Part shown: positions 40,463 through 49,031 of the stretch, in pieces
How the letters are laid out: every line of letters starts with the position of its first letter
How positions within the stretch are numbered: the first letter of the stretch is position 1
Origin: Burkholderiaceae bacterium
GTDB lineage: Bacteria; Patescibacteriota; Saccharimonadia; Saccharimonadales; AQU-01
Direction: 5' to 3'
DNA length: 49,031 bases
NCBI GenBank assembly: GCA_043788365.1
Contig: JAYVTZ010000008.1
Span: 1-49,031, forward strand
Made by a program: the position numbers and the translations under genes
The notes under the pieces: generated by a model
Database searches by the model: none
Seen by the model: only the letters and a program-made list of their open reading frames with translations
What the model was told of the DNA's origin: nothing

Positions 40463-41008
40463 GTGGTAAAGAAAATTGACAGAAAGACACTCGATGTTAC
40501 GTTTACGCTTTTGGGTATATTAGTCACGATAATACTATTTATTGCTGGTTGTATAGGTTTATATGCTTATAACTTCGCAACCCGCAGTGTTCGAAACGAA
40601 CTCACTGCACAAAAGATATTTTTCCCTCCGGCCGGTAGCAAAGACTTGAGTGTAGAAGAATTCCCCGACCTTCAAAAATATGGTGGGCAGCAGGTAGATG
40701 ATGGTATTAAGGCAAAAGCATATGCCAACGGGTTTATAGCGAGGCATTTAGCAAAAGTCGCCAATGGCAAGACCTACTCCGAAGTTAGCGCCCAGGCAAA
40801 GCTCGATCCAACTAACCTTAAACTTGTCAGCCAAAAACAAACACTATTCCAAGGCGAGACCTTACGCGGGATTTTACTAGGCGATGGCTATGCTTATTGG
40901 ACGTTTGGGTTGATTGCCGGATATGCTGCAATCTTGGCTTTCGTTGGTTCTGGCATCATGTTACTTTTGGTTGTACTCGGTTGGCGTCATATAAGCATCG
41001 ATCGATAG
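40463..41008 (+). CDS. Conserved hypothetical membrane protein
   Basis: 2 TM helices; L.AQKIFFP, YGGQQVD, A.AYANGFI.RHL, LFQGETLRG.LL; AAGGAG RBS. Confidence 0.75.
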   Translation: MVKKIDRKTLDVTFTLLGILVTIILFIAGCIGLYAYNFATRSVRNELTAQKIFFPPAGSKDLSVEEFPDLQKYGGQQVDDGIKAKAYANGFIARHLAKVANGKTYSEVSAQAKLDPTNLKLVSQKQTLFQGETLRGILLGDGYAYWTFGLIAGYAAILAFVGSGIMLLLVVLGWRHISIDR

Positions 41009-41066
41009 TCTGCATTAATCATCTTTGGTCACAGACAATAAAGATAACTTGCTATACGATTAAGGT

Positions 41067-41930
41067 ATGGGTGATTCAGACACTAAACGTATACGAAATG
41101 AGCTAAAAAGACTTGGTGTCGGGTTGATTGGTCTCAGGACACCAGAAAGCAATAGTTTAAGCCATATCATTCATCATGATGAGCATATTGGTGGTGTCAT
41201 TTACGGTCGTTATGATGGTGGGCTGGCCTGGCTTGTAGCGACCAATCAGCGAATATTATTTATTGATAAAAAACCGTTTTTTAAATTGACCGAAGAATTA
41301 TCATACGACGTGGTATCGGGCGTAAAAACGACCAGAGCTGGGTTTTTTTCAGCCGTAGTACTACACACTCGTGTAGGCGATTATTCTATCAGATTTGTAA
41401 CAACACAAGCCGCTCAGCAGTTTGTAAGATATTTAGAGACAAAACGCTTAGAGAAGCCAATACTTCCAGAGCCAATAATCGAAGAGTATAATGAGGTCAT
41501 GAATTATAGCACAGATATGGCACTCAAGTTTTTAAAAGAACACGACGTCGCAGTTTTATCGACAGTTGACTCTAAGGGCAGTGTGCACGGAGCGGTAGTT
41601 TATTACGTAGTCGGTATGAATGACTATATTTACATTTTGACCAAAAACAGTAGCTCAAAAGCTCGGAACATAACTGGCCATGGTCAAGTGGCGCTAACAG
41701 TTTATGAGCCAGGGACTGAAGAGACGGTTCAGCTGAGCGGACATGCAGAATTTGAAACTGACCTAAAAGTAGCCAATGACATTTTTAAGCAAATCGTTAA
41801 GCCTAGATTTTACCGCGGGACGTCAAATCTTCCGCCCGTTACCAAAATAGTAGAGGGTGATTATGTGGTAATCAGGATTGCTACCAAATTGGTTATCTAT
41901 CGAGATTACTCCAAGGCCCAAGAGGTTTAG
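41067..41930 (+). CDS. Fusion of a bacterial PH-like domain and a PNPOx-like domain
   Basis: N-terminal LVATNQRILFIDKK...ELSYD.VSGV; C-terminal VAVLSTV...HGAVVYY...SSKARNI...VAL. Confidence 0.72.
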   Translation: MGDSDTKRIRNELKRLGVGLIGLRTPESNSLSHIIHHDEHIGGVIYGRYDGGLAWLVATNQRILFIDKKPFFKLTEELSYDVVSGVKTTRAGFFSAVVLHTRVGDYSIRFVTTQAAQQFVRYLETKRLEKPILPEPIIEEYNEVMNYSTDMALKFLKEHDVAVLSTVDSKGSVHGAVVYYVVGMNDYIYILTKNSSSKARNITGHGQVALTVYEPGTEETVQLSGHAEFETDLKVANDIFKQIVKPRFYRGTSNLPPVTKIVEGDYVVIRIATKLVIYRDYSKAQEV

Positions 41931-41945
41931 CACTAACTTTGAAGT

Positions 41946-42511
41946 TCAAGTTATTTGTTGGTCGACAATTCCCGGAGTGGTTTGGGCCGTAGTTGGCGTG
42001 CTACCGTTTTGTTGAATTTGAATTGATTGGTGAGTACCTGGGTCAAGGGCTATACCATCAACATCGGCTGTGACGTGTAGCTCATAAGTGACTCCAGGCT
42101 TTAGGCCGCGCGTACCGATACTAATCATGCCGCTACTCGGTATTATATTACCGAAGTTAACTGGCAAACTTACCTGAGCGTCCGCGATCACTAATTGTAT
42201 GGTAACTGATTTTGTTTCATTAGGGCCAAGTGTAAAACCTTCGCTACTGCTTGCATCAGCTATTATTTCGGTGTCGATCTGATTCTGCGGTGATAAACTT
42301 TGTTGAGAGTTGCCGATACTCATCGGTGTCGTCATTTGTCGAACCGTTGCTATAATCTGGGCACGTACTGCTTTTATAGTTTGAGGGCTGGTGGATGAAA
42401 TCTGGACGACAACCGATATTGGTTGATTGGTCGAAACTAACTGGGAGCTTGGAGTACTATTTTAATTCCACCGTGGTTAAAATTTTGCTTGAGTTTATCA
42501 AAAAATCCCAT
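41946..42511 (-). pseudogene. Frameshifted hypothetical protein
   Basis: MGFFDKLKQNFNHGGIKIVLQAPS* from ATG 42511; adding one C at 42443-42445 gives ...QAPQLVSTNQPISVVVQ..., continuous with ORF 41946-42335. Confidence 0.65.
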
Positions 42512-42626
42512 ATCATATTCTCTTTATGCTATTACCTTAAGGTAGCACAGAAATGGCTATTAATAATGCAGATGCTTTATGACTAACTCGTCACAGAGTG
42601 TATTATATATGTAAATAGGAGCTAAA

Positions 42627-45600
42627 ATGCAGACAGATAACGATGTTCAGGACGCTGAGAATATTAATCCTAAATCAGACGAAGTGCAGCCTGAACTTCC
42701 ATCAAATGAAGAGTCTATGAATGACGAATCTGTCGAAACAATCGAGAATAAGACAAGTGGAGATGAGCTTACTACAGAATCCGAAGAAAATGCTAAAGAT
42801 GGTGCCCTGGAATCTTCAACTGATGTTGGGTCAACCCAAAAATCTTCTAAGCCATCAAAGCTAAAAAGACTGTTACCTAAATTCGTCCGTAACTTATTTG
42901 CCCACCATCCCCGCATTGTCACTCTACTAACGATCGTTATTATTGTTGGTTTAGGTGTTGGCGGAGTCTTTGGATATCAGCATTTTGGTAAGCGCAAGCA
43001 GCCCGTTGTTCATTTTTCGGCTGTTGTCGAGCACTTCAAAGTTATTAGTACTACACCCTTAAACGACCAACAGAATGTTGCCTCGGCGAAAACCATCTCT
43101 GTATTATTCAACCGGCCTGTTGATCCAGCAAAAATGAACGGTGATTTTTTTGTATCACCAACCGTAGAAGGTACATACGCTGTTGGCGCGAGCACAAAAG
43201 AAGTAGTCTTTACGCCCAAGCTAGCATTTCCCGAAGGTACTGTTGTTAAGGTGATGATCCATGGTGAGTTTCAGAGTCTTGACGGTTCGCAGCTGGGCGC
43301 TGACTATACTTTTGGTTTCACGACACTAACACCGAATAATCAGGTTTTGTTTAATCGAAATTACTATAACGAGATATTGGGTTCGGCACCCTCAAACCAA
43401 GAGCAAACCTACAACCTTTTTGTCGGTCAAGATGTTGACACAAGTGGCGACATAACTATTTATAAAAGTAATATAACTAGCCTGCTCAGCTCGCTTGTAT
43501 ATTCGGACAAAGTTAATAACGGCTATACTTACGAAAGTTTTGTGACAAGTACACTAGATACGAGTTCAATGACGTCCATAAAAACCCAAAAAGGCCTGAA
43601 AGACACTACAACATTTAAAGTAACTGAACCAAAAGGTATATATGCGATAGTTGCTTCAGCTGGTGGTAAGCAAATTGGCTTTACCTGGTTGGTTGTTAGC
43701 GATTACGGCGTTATCATCAGACAAGATGACAAACAGATGGTACTTGCAGCACAGGATCTAACAAACAGTACGCCAGTCAAGGTTGACGCAACGTTGTATA
43801 GTTTGAAAGATAGTAAAAAAGAACTCGGGCAAGTAGTGGTTGATGGGGTCACCACCACCGACACTCCATATAAACCAAAAGTTGACGTTGTTGTCGCTGC
43901 GAATGGTGACGACTATGCAGTCGTGCCAGTTAACGAACTTATGAGCATGGCAGACCTAAGAGTACAACAAGACTTAAGCGTTGCTAATAAAACCTTTGCA
44001 GTTACCGACAGAACAACATATGGCATAGGCGACACAGTAAAATATAGTGGGTTCGTACGTACCGACAATGATGCAGCCTACGACCTACCAAACAGTGGCC
44101 AGATGACGCTTTACGTAGCGGCTTATCCGGGTGGTGCTCACTATGCTGAATTTGTTGCAACAATTGATGGCAATGGTCAGATCGGTGGTAGTTTTAAAAC
44201 TACCACCGATTTCATTACCAGTGGTCAGACCAGTCAACAACTTAATATTTATGAAGCCTCGGGTGAGGGCGTTAGTTACAGAGACCAACCGATAGCTGCC
44301 TTTAATGTCACATCCGTTAAACAGTCAAGTTATGCTATAAAAGTAAGCTTTGCGAAGCCAGAATTCTTGGCTAATGAGAAAGTGACGGCCCTGGTAAATG
44401 TTACGAAGGCAGATGGCACACCACTCGCCAATACGACAGTCAATGTTGATGAGTACTCGAAACAGTATTACGAAAATAATCCTTCAGCAAATCAAGCAGC
44501 GCTTGATACTGTTGGCACAAAAGTCGTTGACCAACCAACTGTAGTTACACTTGACGCCAATGGTAATGGTAGTTTTGCGATTGACACAGCAAAGTTGCCA
44601 GCCGGCAATAGTCAAATTGTAACTGTCCAGGCCAGTAAAACCGATGATGCTGGGGCCGTTGCAGGCGGTGGCGCTTCGACGATAATACATCTCGGTGACG
44701 GTACTCTTGAATTTGGACCAGCCCGCACATTAGTAACCCCTAACAGTAAGGTCGTCGCAAAGGTTTATGCTAAAACCCTAGACAACAAACCACTTACTGG
44801 CGTTGCCATAAACTACGCACTCGTCACTGACAACAAACAAATTGCCAGTGGAGTCACTTCATCAGATAACAGTGGAACAGCCGGTATTTCTCAGGTGATT
44901 GGTGCTGTGGCTGTGCCCTCGTCTATTGAGCTTGATGTTTGGTCTTCGGACTCGCAGAATAATAAAATCCAAGCCAAGAGCTACTACTACGTACAAAATA
45001 GTACTGACTCGGGCTCATTTAGTGATTTGCAGCTTTCAGGTCTTGGAATTTCCGGTAGCTCAAAAGACGTTAGTGTTGGTGATACACTTAATCTGGTTAT
45101 CGATGCACCGCACGCAATTCACGCTCTGGTTACTCTTGAGCGTGGTCGCATCCATAAGTCCGAGGCGATTGATTTGAAGGCGGGAAGTAACAAATATATA
45201 GTTAAAGTTACGGCTGACTTAGCCCCATCATTTAGTTTGGCATTTAGCTATTTCGATCAAGCAAAATACCGTGTAGAAGGTCTATCGTTCAACGCTTCAC
45301 CTATAGATAAGCAAGCCGCAGTCAAACTATCACCCGATAAGCAAACATATGTTGCAGGTGATACGGCTACCATCAAAATTGCCACTAGTGCAGCTCAGAA
45401 AGGCTTAAAGACCAACCTAATAGTCGGTATAGTTGATGCGAATATCTATAACTTATACGACCAACCGACACCAGACATGTTCACTTATTTGTACTCACCG
45501 AGAGAGATAACTACAAACTCAGCTTCGTCACTAACTAGTCTCGGTAGTGGTGGCGGTAAGTGTGGCGGCGGCATCGGCGACATACCTAGTCTGACTAGTC

Positions 45601-45764
45601 CAGTCGGCAGTACATTGCTTTGGGAACCGTCACTTACCACTAACTCAGCCGGTGAAGCCACAGTTCAAGTTAAATTACCTAAGGGTTCCTGGCGTGCCTA
45701 CGTCTACTCGATGAGCGTGGACGGTATTGTTGGCTCGGCTACAACTACTTTGACTGCAAAATAG
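42627..45764 (+). CDS. Membrane-anchored alpha-2-macroglobulin-like protein (Big_5 + MG domains), no thioester domain
   Basis: Acidic N-terminus, TM helix, VISTTP...I.V.FNRPVD (Big_5), TDR..Y..GDTV, PDKQTY.AGD, Gly-rich bait-like region, TLLWEP.L.T...GEA.V...LP; no CxEQ. Confidence 0.8.
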   Translation: MQTDNDVQDAENINPKSDEVQPELPSNEESMNDESVETIENKTSGDELTTESEENAKDGALESSTDVGSTQKSSKPSKLKRLLPKFVRNLFAHHPRIVTLLTIVIIVGLGVGGVFGYQHFGKRKQPVVHFSAVVEHFKVISTTPLNDQQNVASAKTISVLFNRPVDPAKMNGDFFVSPTVEGTYAVGASTKEVVFTPKLAFPEGTVVKVMIHGEFQSLDGSQLGADYTFGFTTLTPNNQVLFNRNYYNEILGSAPSNQEQTYNLFVGQDVDTSGDITIYKSNITSLLSSLVYSDKVNNGYTYESFVTSTLDTSSMTSIKTQKGLKDTTTFKVTEPKGIYAIVASAGGKQIGFTWLVVSDYGVIIRQDDKQMVLAAQDLTNSTPVKVDATLYSLKDSKKELGQVVVDGVTTTDTPYKPKVDVVVAANGDDYAVVPVNELMSMADLRVQQDLSVANKTFAVTDRTTYGIGDTVKYSGFVRTDNDAAYDLPNSGQMTLYVAAYPGGAHYAEFVATIDGNGQIGGSFKTTTDFITSGQTSQQLNIYEASGEGVSYRDQPIAAFNVTSVKQSSYAIKVSFAKPEFLANEKVTALVNVTKADGTPLANTTVNVDEYSKQYYENNPSANQAALDTVGTKVVDQPTVVTLDANGNGSFAIDTAKLPAGNSQIVTVQASKTDDAGAVAGGGASTIIHLGDGTLEFGPARTLVTPNSKVVAKVYAKTLDNKPLTGVAINYALVTDNKQIASGVTSSDNSGTAGISQVIGAVAVPSSIELDVWSSDSQNNKIQAKSYYYVQNSTDSGSFSDLQLSGLGISGSSKDVSVGDTLNLVIDAPHAIHALVTLERGRIHKSEAIDLKAGSNKYIVKVTADLAPSFSLAFSYFDQAKYRVEGLSFNASPIDKQAAVKLSPDKQTYVAGDTATIKIATSAAQKGLKTNLIVGIVDANIYNLYDQPTPDMFTYLYSPREITTNSASSLTSLGSGGGKCGGGIGDIPSLTSPVGSTLLWEPSLTTNSAGEATVQVKLPKGSWRAYVYSMSVDGIVGSATTTLTAK

Positions 45765-45776
45765 AGCAAGTTCTTG

Positions 45777-46139
45777 TTATTTCCAGGGGGTAGCAAGTTG
45801 GAAGTAGTTACCGTCTGGGTCGGCTAGAGTCGCTAGCCAGGTATCGGGACTACCATCTTTGTTTGGCTGGTAGGGTTCGGCAATAACTTCTGCACCAGCG
45901 GCCTTAACGGATTCAAAATCTTTCTGGACATCGTCAGATTCAATCATTGTCATAATCCGGGCTGGTTCGCTAGTCTTGCCCTTAACTTCACTGTGCGGCC
46001 CAATCATGATAAAGCCACCGCCAATACTATAGCCGTACCAGTCGTCGTGTTGCATAACTGGCTCACCAAAAGCCTTGGTGTAAAAGTCACTTAAGTTTTT
46101 AGGGTTTTCGGTACCGAGCATAACTCCATTTAATTTCAT
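45777..46139 (-). CDS. VOC family protein
   Basis: DFY...FG, ATLADPDGNYFQL; AAGGAG RBS. Confidence 0.85.
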   Translation of the reverse strand: MKLNGVMLGTENPKNLSDFYTKAFGEPVMQHDDWYGYSIGGGFIMIGPHSEVKGKTSEPARIMTMIESDDVQKDFESVKAAGAEVIAEPYQPNKDGSPDTWLATLADPDGNYFQLATPWK

Positions 46140-46198
46140 AACAGTCTCCTTAATTTGTAGTCCTAGTTTAACATATTGGCTGAAGGCAAGTTACTCTT

Positions 46199-46432
46199 CC
46201 AAGTTCTATTTTGAATCCGAACACTACCAGAAAGGTAGACTGGGAGGATGGGAACAAAGAAACTACAATCAGAGGAACGAGATGAGATAGCCAGGCTGTC
46301 CAGTAAAGGTTTGGCGGTGCGAGAGATCGCTAGGAGTACTGGACAGTTCAAGACGTATTACCAAGAAAATCCAGGGACTGCCATACTTGAATTAGCGAAA
46401 GTATACAAAAAGTCGCATTTAGTGTGAAATTT
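46199..46432 (+). mobile_element. Internally deleted IS30-family remnant
   Basis: ORF 46248-46427 MGTKKLQSEERDEIARLSSKGLAVREIARSTG... resembles the IS30 N-terminal HTH; loose terminal IRs aagttctattttgaatccga / tcgcatttagtgtgaaattt. Confidence 0.6.
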
Positions 46433-46441
46433 TACGCCGCA

Positions 46442-46470
46442 TTTACAAACCTTACTATAAGATATATAAT
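46442..46470 (+). promoter_or_regulatory. Sigma70 promoter
   Basis: TTTACA-17 bp-TATAAT upstream of 46516. Confidence 0.65.
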
Positions 46471-46515
46471 CGCCTAGTGAATAGCTAATGCTAAAACAAG
46501 AAACGAAAGGACAAC

Positions 46516-47226
46516 ATGCAACAGATAAAAAGGCTACTTGTACTTATAGTAGCAACTGGTGCAGTCAGCGGTTTAGTAGCCGTACCGGCGCTGGCCAGAA
46601 ACGGGGCAGACGACCCAGCCGTGGGAACTGCCACAAACACCACGACGACTACTGAGCCAAGTAGCGGGGGAGTTACTAGCGCAGCGGTCGCTCCAATACG
46701 TACCGAGATCGAAGTTCACGACCTGGCAGCAGTCAACGCCGAGGTAAAAACCAGTATCAAAACTGAAGTCGAAACTGAAGTCGAAGTAGAAAGTCATAAA
46801 ACGATAGAAGACCTCAAAAAGACCGAAAAAGAACACACCAAAGAAGATCGCCAAAAAAGCTGCACTGTTGCTGAGCACGGTCTAGAGACTAAGATTGCCA
46901 GTTTATCTAAGAATGCCACCGCTTTTCAGGTTCGTGTCGACAACGCACTCACCATGGCGATTGCTTTCCAAAAAGATAACAACCTAACAATTAGTAACTT
47001 TGATACTTTGCTTAGTGCTGCCGAAGCCGCCCGGACACAAGCCGCATCGTCAGTAAGTGTTTTGTCAGCCCTTAACACTAATCTTGACTGCACCCAACCA
47101 GATGTCGCTCAAAAGATTGCAGAATTCAAAATCGCTGCCGGCAAGGCTAGGACCGACCTAAAAGCTTATAAAACAGCCGTCAAGGCAATTCTGGCTGCAC
47201 TTGAAGTTGCAAAAGGAGTTAATTAA
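46516..47226 (+). CDS. Secreted helical/coiled-coil protein
   Basis: Signal peptide (..PALA), Thr-rich linker, helical domain with two Cys. Confidence 0.75.
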   Translation: MQQIKRLLVLIVATGAVSGLVAVPALARNGADDPAVGTATNTTTTTEPSSGGVTSAAVAPIRTEIEVHDLAAVNAEVKTSIKTEVETEVEVESHKTIEDLKKTEKEHTKEDRQKSCTVAEHGLETKIASLSKNATAFQVRVDNALTMAIAFQKDNNLTISNFDTLLSAAEAARTQAASSVSVLSALNTNLDCTQPDVAQKIAEFKIAAGKARTDLKAYKTAVKAILAALEVAKGVN

Positions 47227-47227
47227 A

Positions 47228-47506
47228 ATGACAACCACTAACAACCAAAAGGGGTTTGCGGTACTAGAATTCCTAATAATCGCAGTTGTACTCGGTGTCC
47301 TTGTAGTCGTCGGCTACCGTGTCTTAAATAAGACAGGTAATGTCGCTGACACGTCAGTAAACTCGACTGTCGTGAGTGTTGTGATGCCGACTAAGATTAC
47401 GACTAAGGCCGAAGCCAAAAAGACTGCAGCGGCACTAGATCAAACACCTATCGATAGTCAATTAAACACTGCTCAACTAGACAGTAGTATTAAGTCGTTA
47501 TTGTAA
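47228..47506 (+). CDS. Pilin-like protein with class III signal peptide
   Basis: NQKG|FAVLEFLII (G-1, F+1, E+5) plus hydrophobic helix; AAAGGAG RBS; start refined. Confidence 0.75.
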   Translation: MTTTNNQKGFAVLEFLIIAVVLGVLVVVGYRVLNKTGNVADTSVNSTVVSVVMPTKITTKAEAKKTAAALDQTPIDSQLNTAQLDSSIKSLL

Positions 47507-47521
47507 CTTTTAGCTACGAGA

Positions 47522-47742
47522 TTAAAGGCCGGTAAGAATAACTATCAGATCAAAATAAGCCCAGACCTAGCCCCGTCATTCAGTCTAGCTTTTAGCTACT
47601 TTGACCAAGCCAAATATCATGTTGGCGAGGTGTCCTTTAAAGTTTCCCGATCAATAAACAGGCGACAATCAAACTTTCAGCCGACAAACCAGCCTATACT
47701 GCTGGTGATACGGCGACAATCAATATTGCAGCTAGTGCTGAG
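47522..47742 (+). pseudogene. Diverged internal fragment of the A2M-like gene
   Basis: LKAGKNNYQIKISPDLAPSFSLAFSYFDQAKYHV...(frameshift)PINKQATIKLSADKPAYTAGDTATINIAASA matches 45174-45395. Confidence 0.85.
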
Positions 47743-47774
47743 CATGTCGGTCAAGAACAGTTAGTGAGTATTAG

Positions 47775-48158
47775 TTAGCTCTTTTCTACCCACTTAGCGC
47801 GCCAAGCAGGTGCTTCGAAGGGTTCGCTCCAATAGGCGGTTTCTTTGGCTATTTTCCCGTCTTTGAGTTCAAAAATAAACACGGTTTTAAACTTTACCGG
47901 GCCACCATAATCAAGTATGGCTTCCGCTACTACTAGGTCACCGTCGCTGACCATCCGCCTGGGTGTGATTGTTGGAAGGCTAGGGAACGACTGATATATG
48001 CCCCTACGGTTGTCGGCCCCGACAACTTTTTCGCCTGATTGTGGCCAATCCATGACAGCATCATCGTGAAATAGCTCGTCCATCACCTCTATTTTACGTT
48101 CGTTTATACATTTGATGAGCCGTTCTATAACCGCTTCGTTTGCTTTGTTTTGTGACAC
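47775..48158 (-). CDS. SnoaL-like/NTF2 family protein
   Basis: FHDDAVMDWPQSGE, DGKIAKETAYW..PF.AP.WR; GAGGAGG RBS, GTG start. Confidence 0.85.
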   Translation of the reverse strand: MSQNKANEAVIERLIKCINERKIEVMDELFHDDAVMDWPQSGEKVVGADNRRGIYQSFPSLPTITPRRMVSDGDLVVAEAILDYGGPVKFKTVFIFELKDGKIAKETAYWSEPFEAPAWRAKWVEKS

Positions 48159-48258
48159 GTCTGAACCTCCTCATTTAGCTAATACCAGTATACTCCTAAA
48201 AGTCTCAGAGCCTTTTTGTACTAATTTTACAATTTCTCAATATATAACTTATTAATAC

Positions 48259-48531
48259 TTAGGCAGTTTGTTGTTCGAGTTTTGTTATTCTAACGTCGTG
48301 TTCGTTCAGGTGATCGTTAAGAGTATCGGAGATCGTATCAACTTTGAGGTCAAGGTCGTCAATCTTTTGGCTTAACTTTAAGTCAAGTTTATTGATATTT
48401 TGATTTAACTCTTCAATGTCGTCTTTTGTAGCCATATTAGCAATGTCGTTCTTGGTTGCTAAACCTGAAAATGCCTGAAAAAAGACTTCAGCTATAAACT
48501 GTTTTAAGTCATTGAGTTGAGTGTTGTCCAT
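48259..48531 (-). CDS. Small coiled-coil protein
   Basis: ATKNDI/ATKDDI repeat, heptad pattern; TGcTATAAT 6 nt before the ATG. Confidence 0.75.
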   Translation of the reverse strand: MDNTQLNDLKQFIAEVFFQAFSGLATKNDIANMATKDDIEELNQNINKLDLKLSQKIDDLDLKVDTISDTLNDHLNEHDVRITKLEQQTA

Positions 48532-48562
48532 GGGCTAATTATAGCACCAGTAAAAGTTGAGG

Positions 48563-48937
48563 TTAAACTACTTCTGCCCGTCTACTTGAGTTATGTATCA
48601 GCCAAACAATTACACCGATAAAAATAAAATAGCTAACCGCTGGTATAAATAAGGCTAATAAGATAGCCGTAATATAAATTGCATTAATTACACTAAAAAG
48701 TCTGACGAATTGCTTTTTCACCGCTAATGTAAAATCTTTGGTCGCCAAATGGTTGTTATGATAAACATACACTACCATTCCGAGGCTGGTAAGATTGATT
48801 GCAAGTAGGTTTAAGCCATAAACGACCACAGGAATTGTCCGAAATGGATAAGAACCTAAAAGTGACGTTGGAAATGGCAATAAGGCTACTAATAATAGCA
48901 GTAACATGTTTAGCCAAATAAAAGAAGCGTCACGTAC
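48563..48937 (-). pseudogene. C-terminal half of a TMEM175-family potassium channel
   Basis: DASFIWLNMLLLLLVALLPFPTSLLGSYP motif; upstream frame hits TGA; N-terminal half absent. Confidence 0.7.
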
Positions 48938-49031
48938 TCATTCACCACCTTTGCAACATAAATTGCATTAAAAAAGGTAGGCGTCCTAAACTGTAGTTAC
49001 TATCAAATAATTACAAGAAGGAGCCTACCTA

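Noticed and set aside
42395-42586. Plus-strand 63-aa ORF
   Set aside because: It is antisense to the better-supported frameshifted gene at 41946-42511.
45174-47742. Diversity-generating retroelement TR/VR pair
   Set aside because: Differences between the two copies are not adenine-specific and are largely synonymous, and there is no reverse transcriptase in the window.

Overview
Chromosomal window from a small-genome bacterium. The gene set and its typical hypothetical families point to Patescibacteria/CPR, most likely Saccharibacteria (inference). Housekeeping content: lemA-htpX-ligA, murF-ddl-polysaccharide deacetylase-leuS, rpmF-nusB-NUDIX-rnc, rpsP-khpA-trmD, pgl-zwf, kup and three tRNAs (Cys-GCA, Leu-TAA, Ala-GGC). 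Accessory content: stress/detox genes including Ni-SOD sodN-sodX, surface proteins (a truncated alpha-2-macroglobulin-like protein, a pilin-like protein, a poly-G-frameshifted anchored protein), several pseudogenes and an IS30-like remnant. The most unusual non-coding signals are: a ~150-nt structured ncRNA candidate with an A-rich bubble and its own terminator (23155-23341); tandem structured elements after tRNA-Leu; a perfect 17-bp inverted copy of the tRNA-Ala D-arm region in its promoter; heptamer repeats both intergenic and in-frame inside leuS; and a diverged silent copy of part of the A2M-like gene. No CRISPR array, rRNA, integrase or reverse transcriptase was seen. All calls come from reading motifs by eye; no database searches were run.
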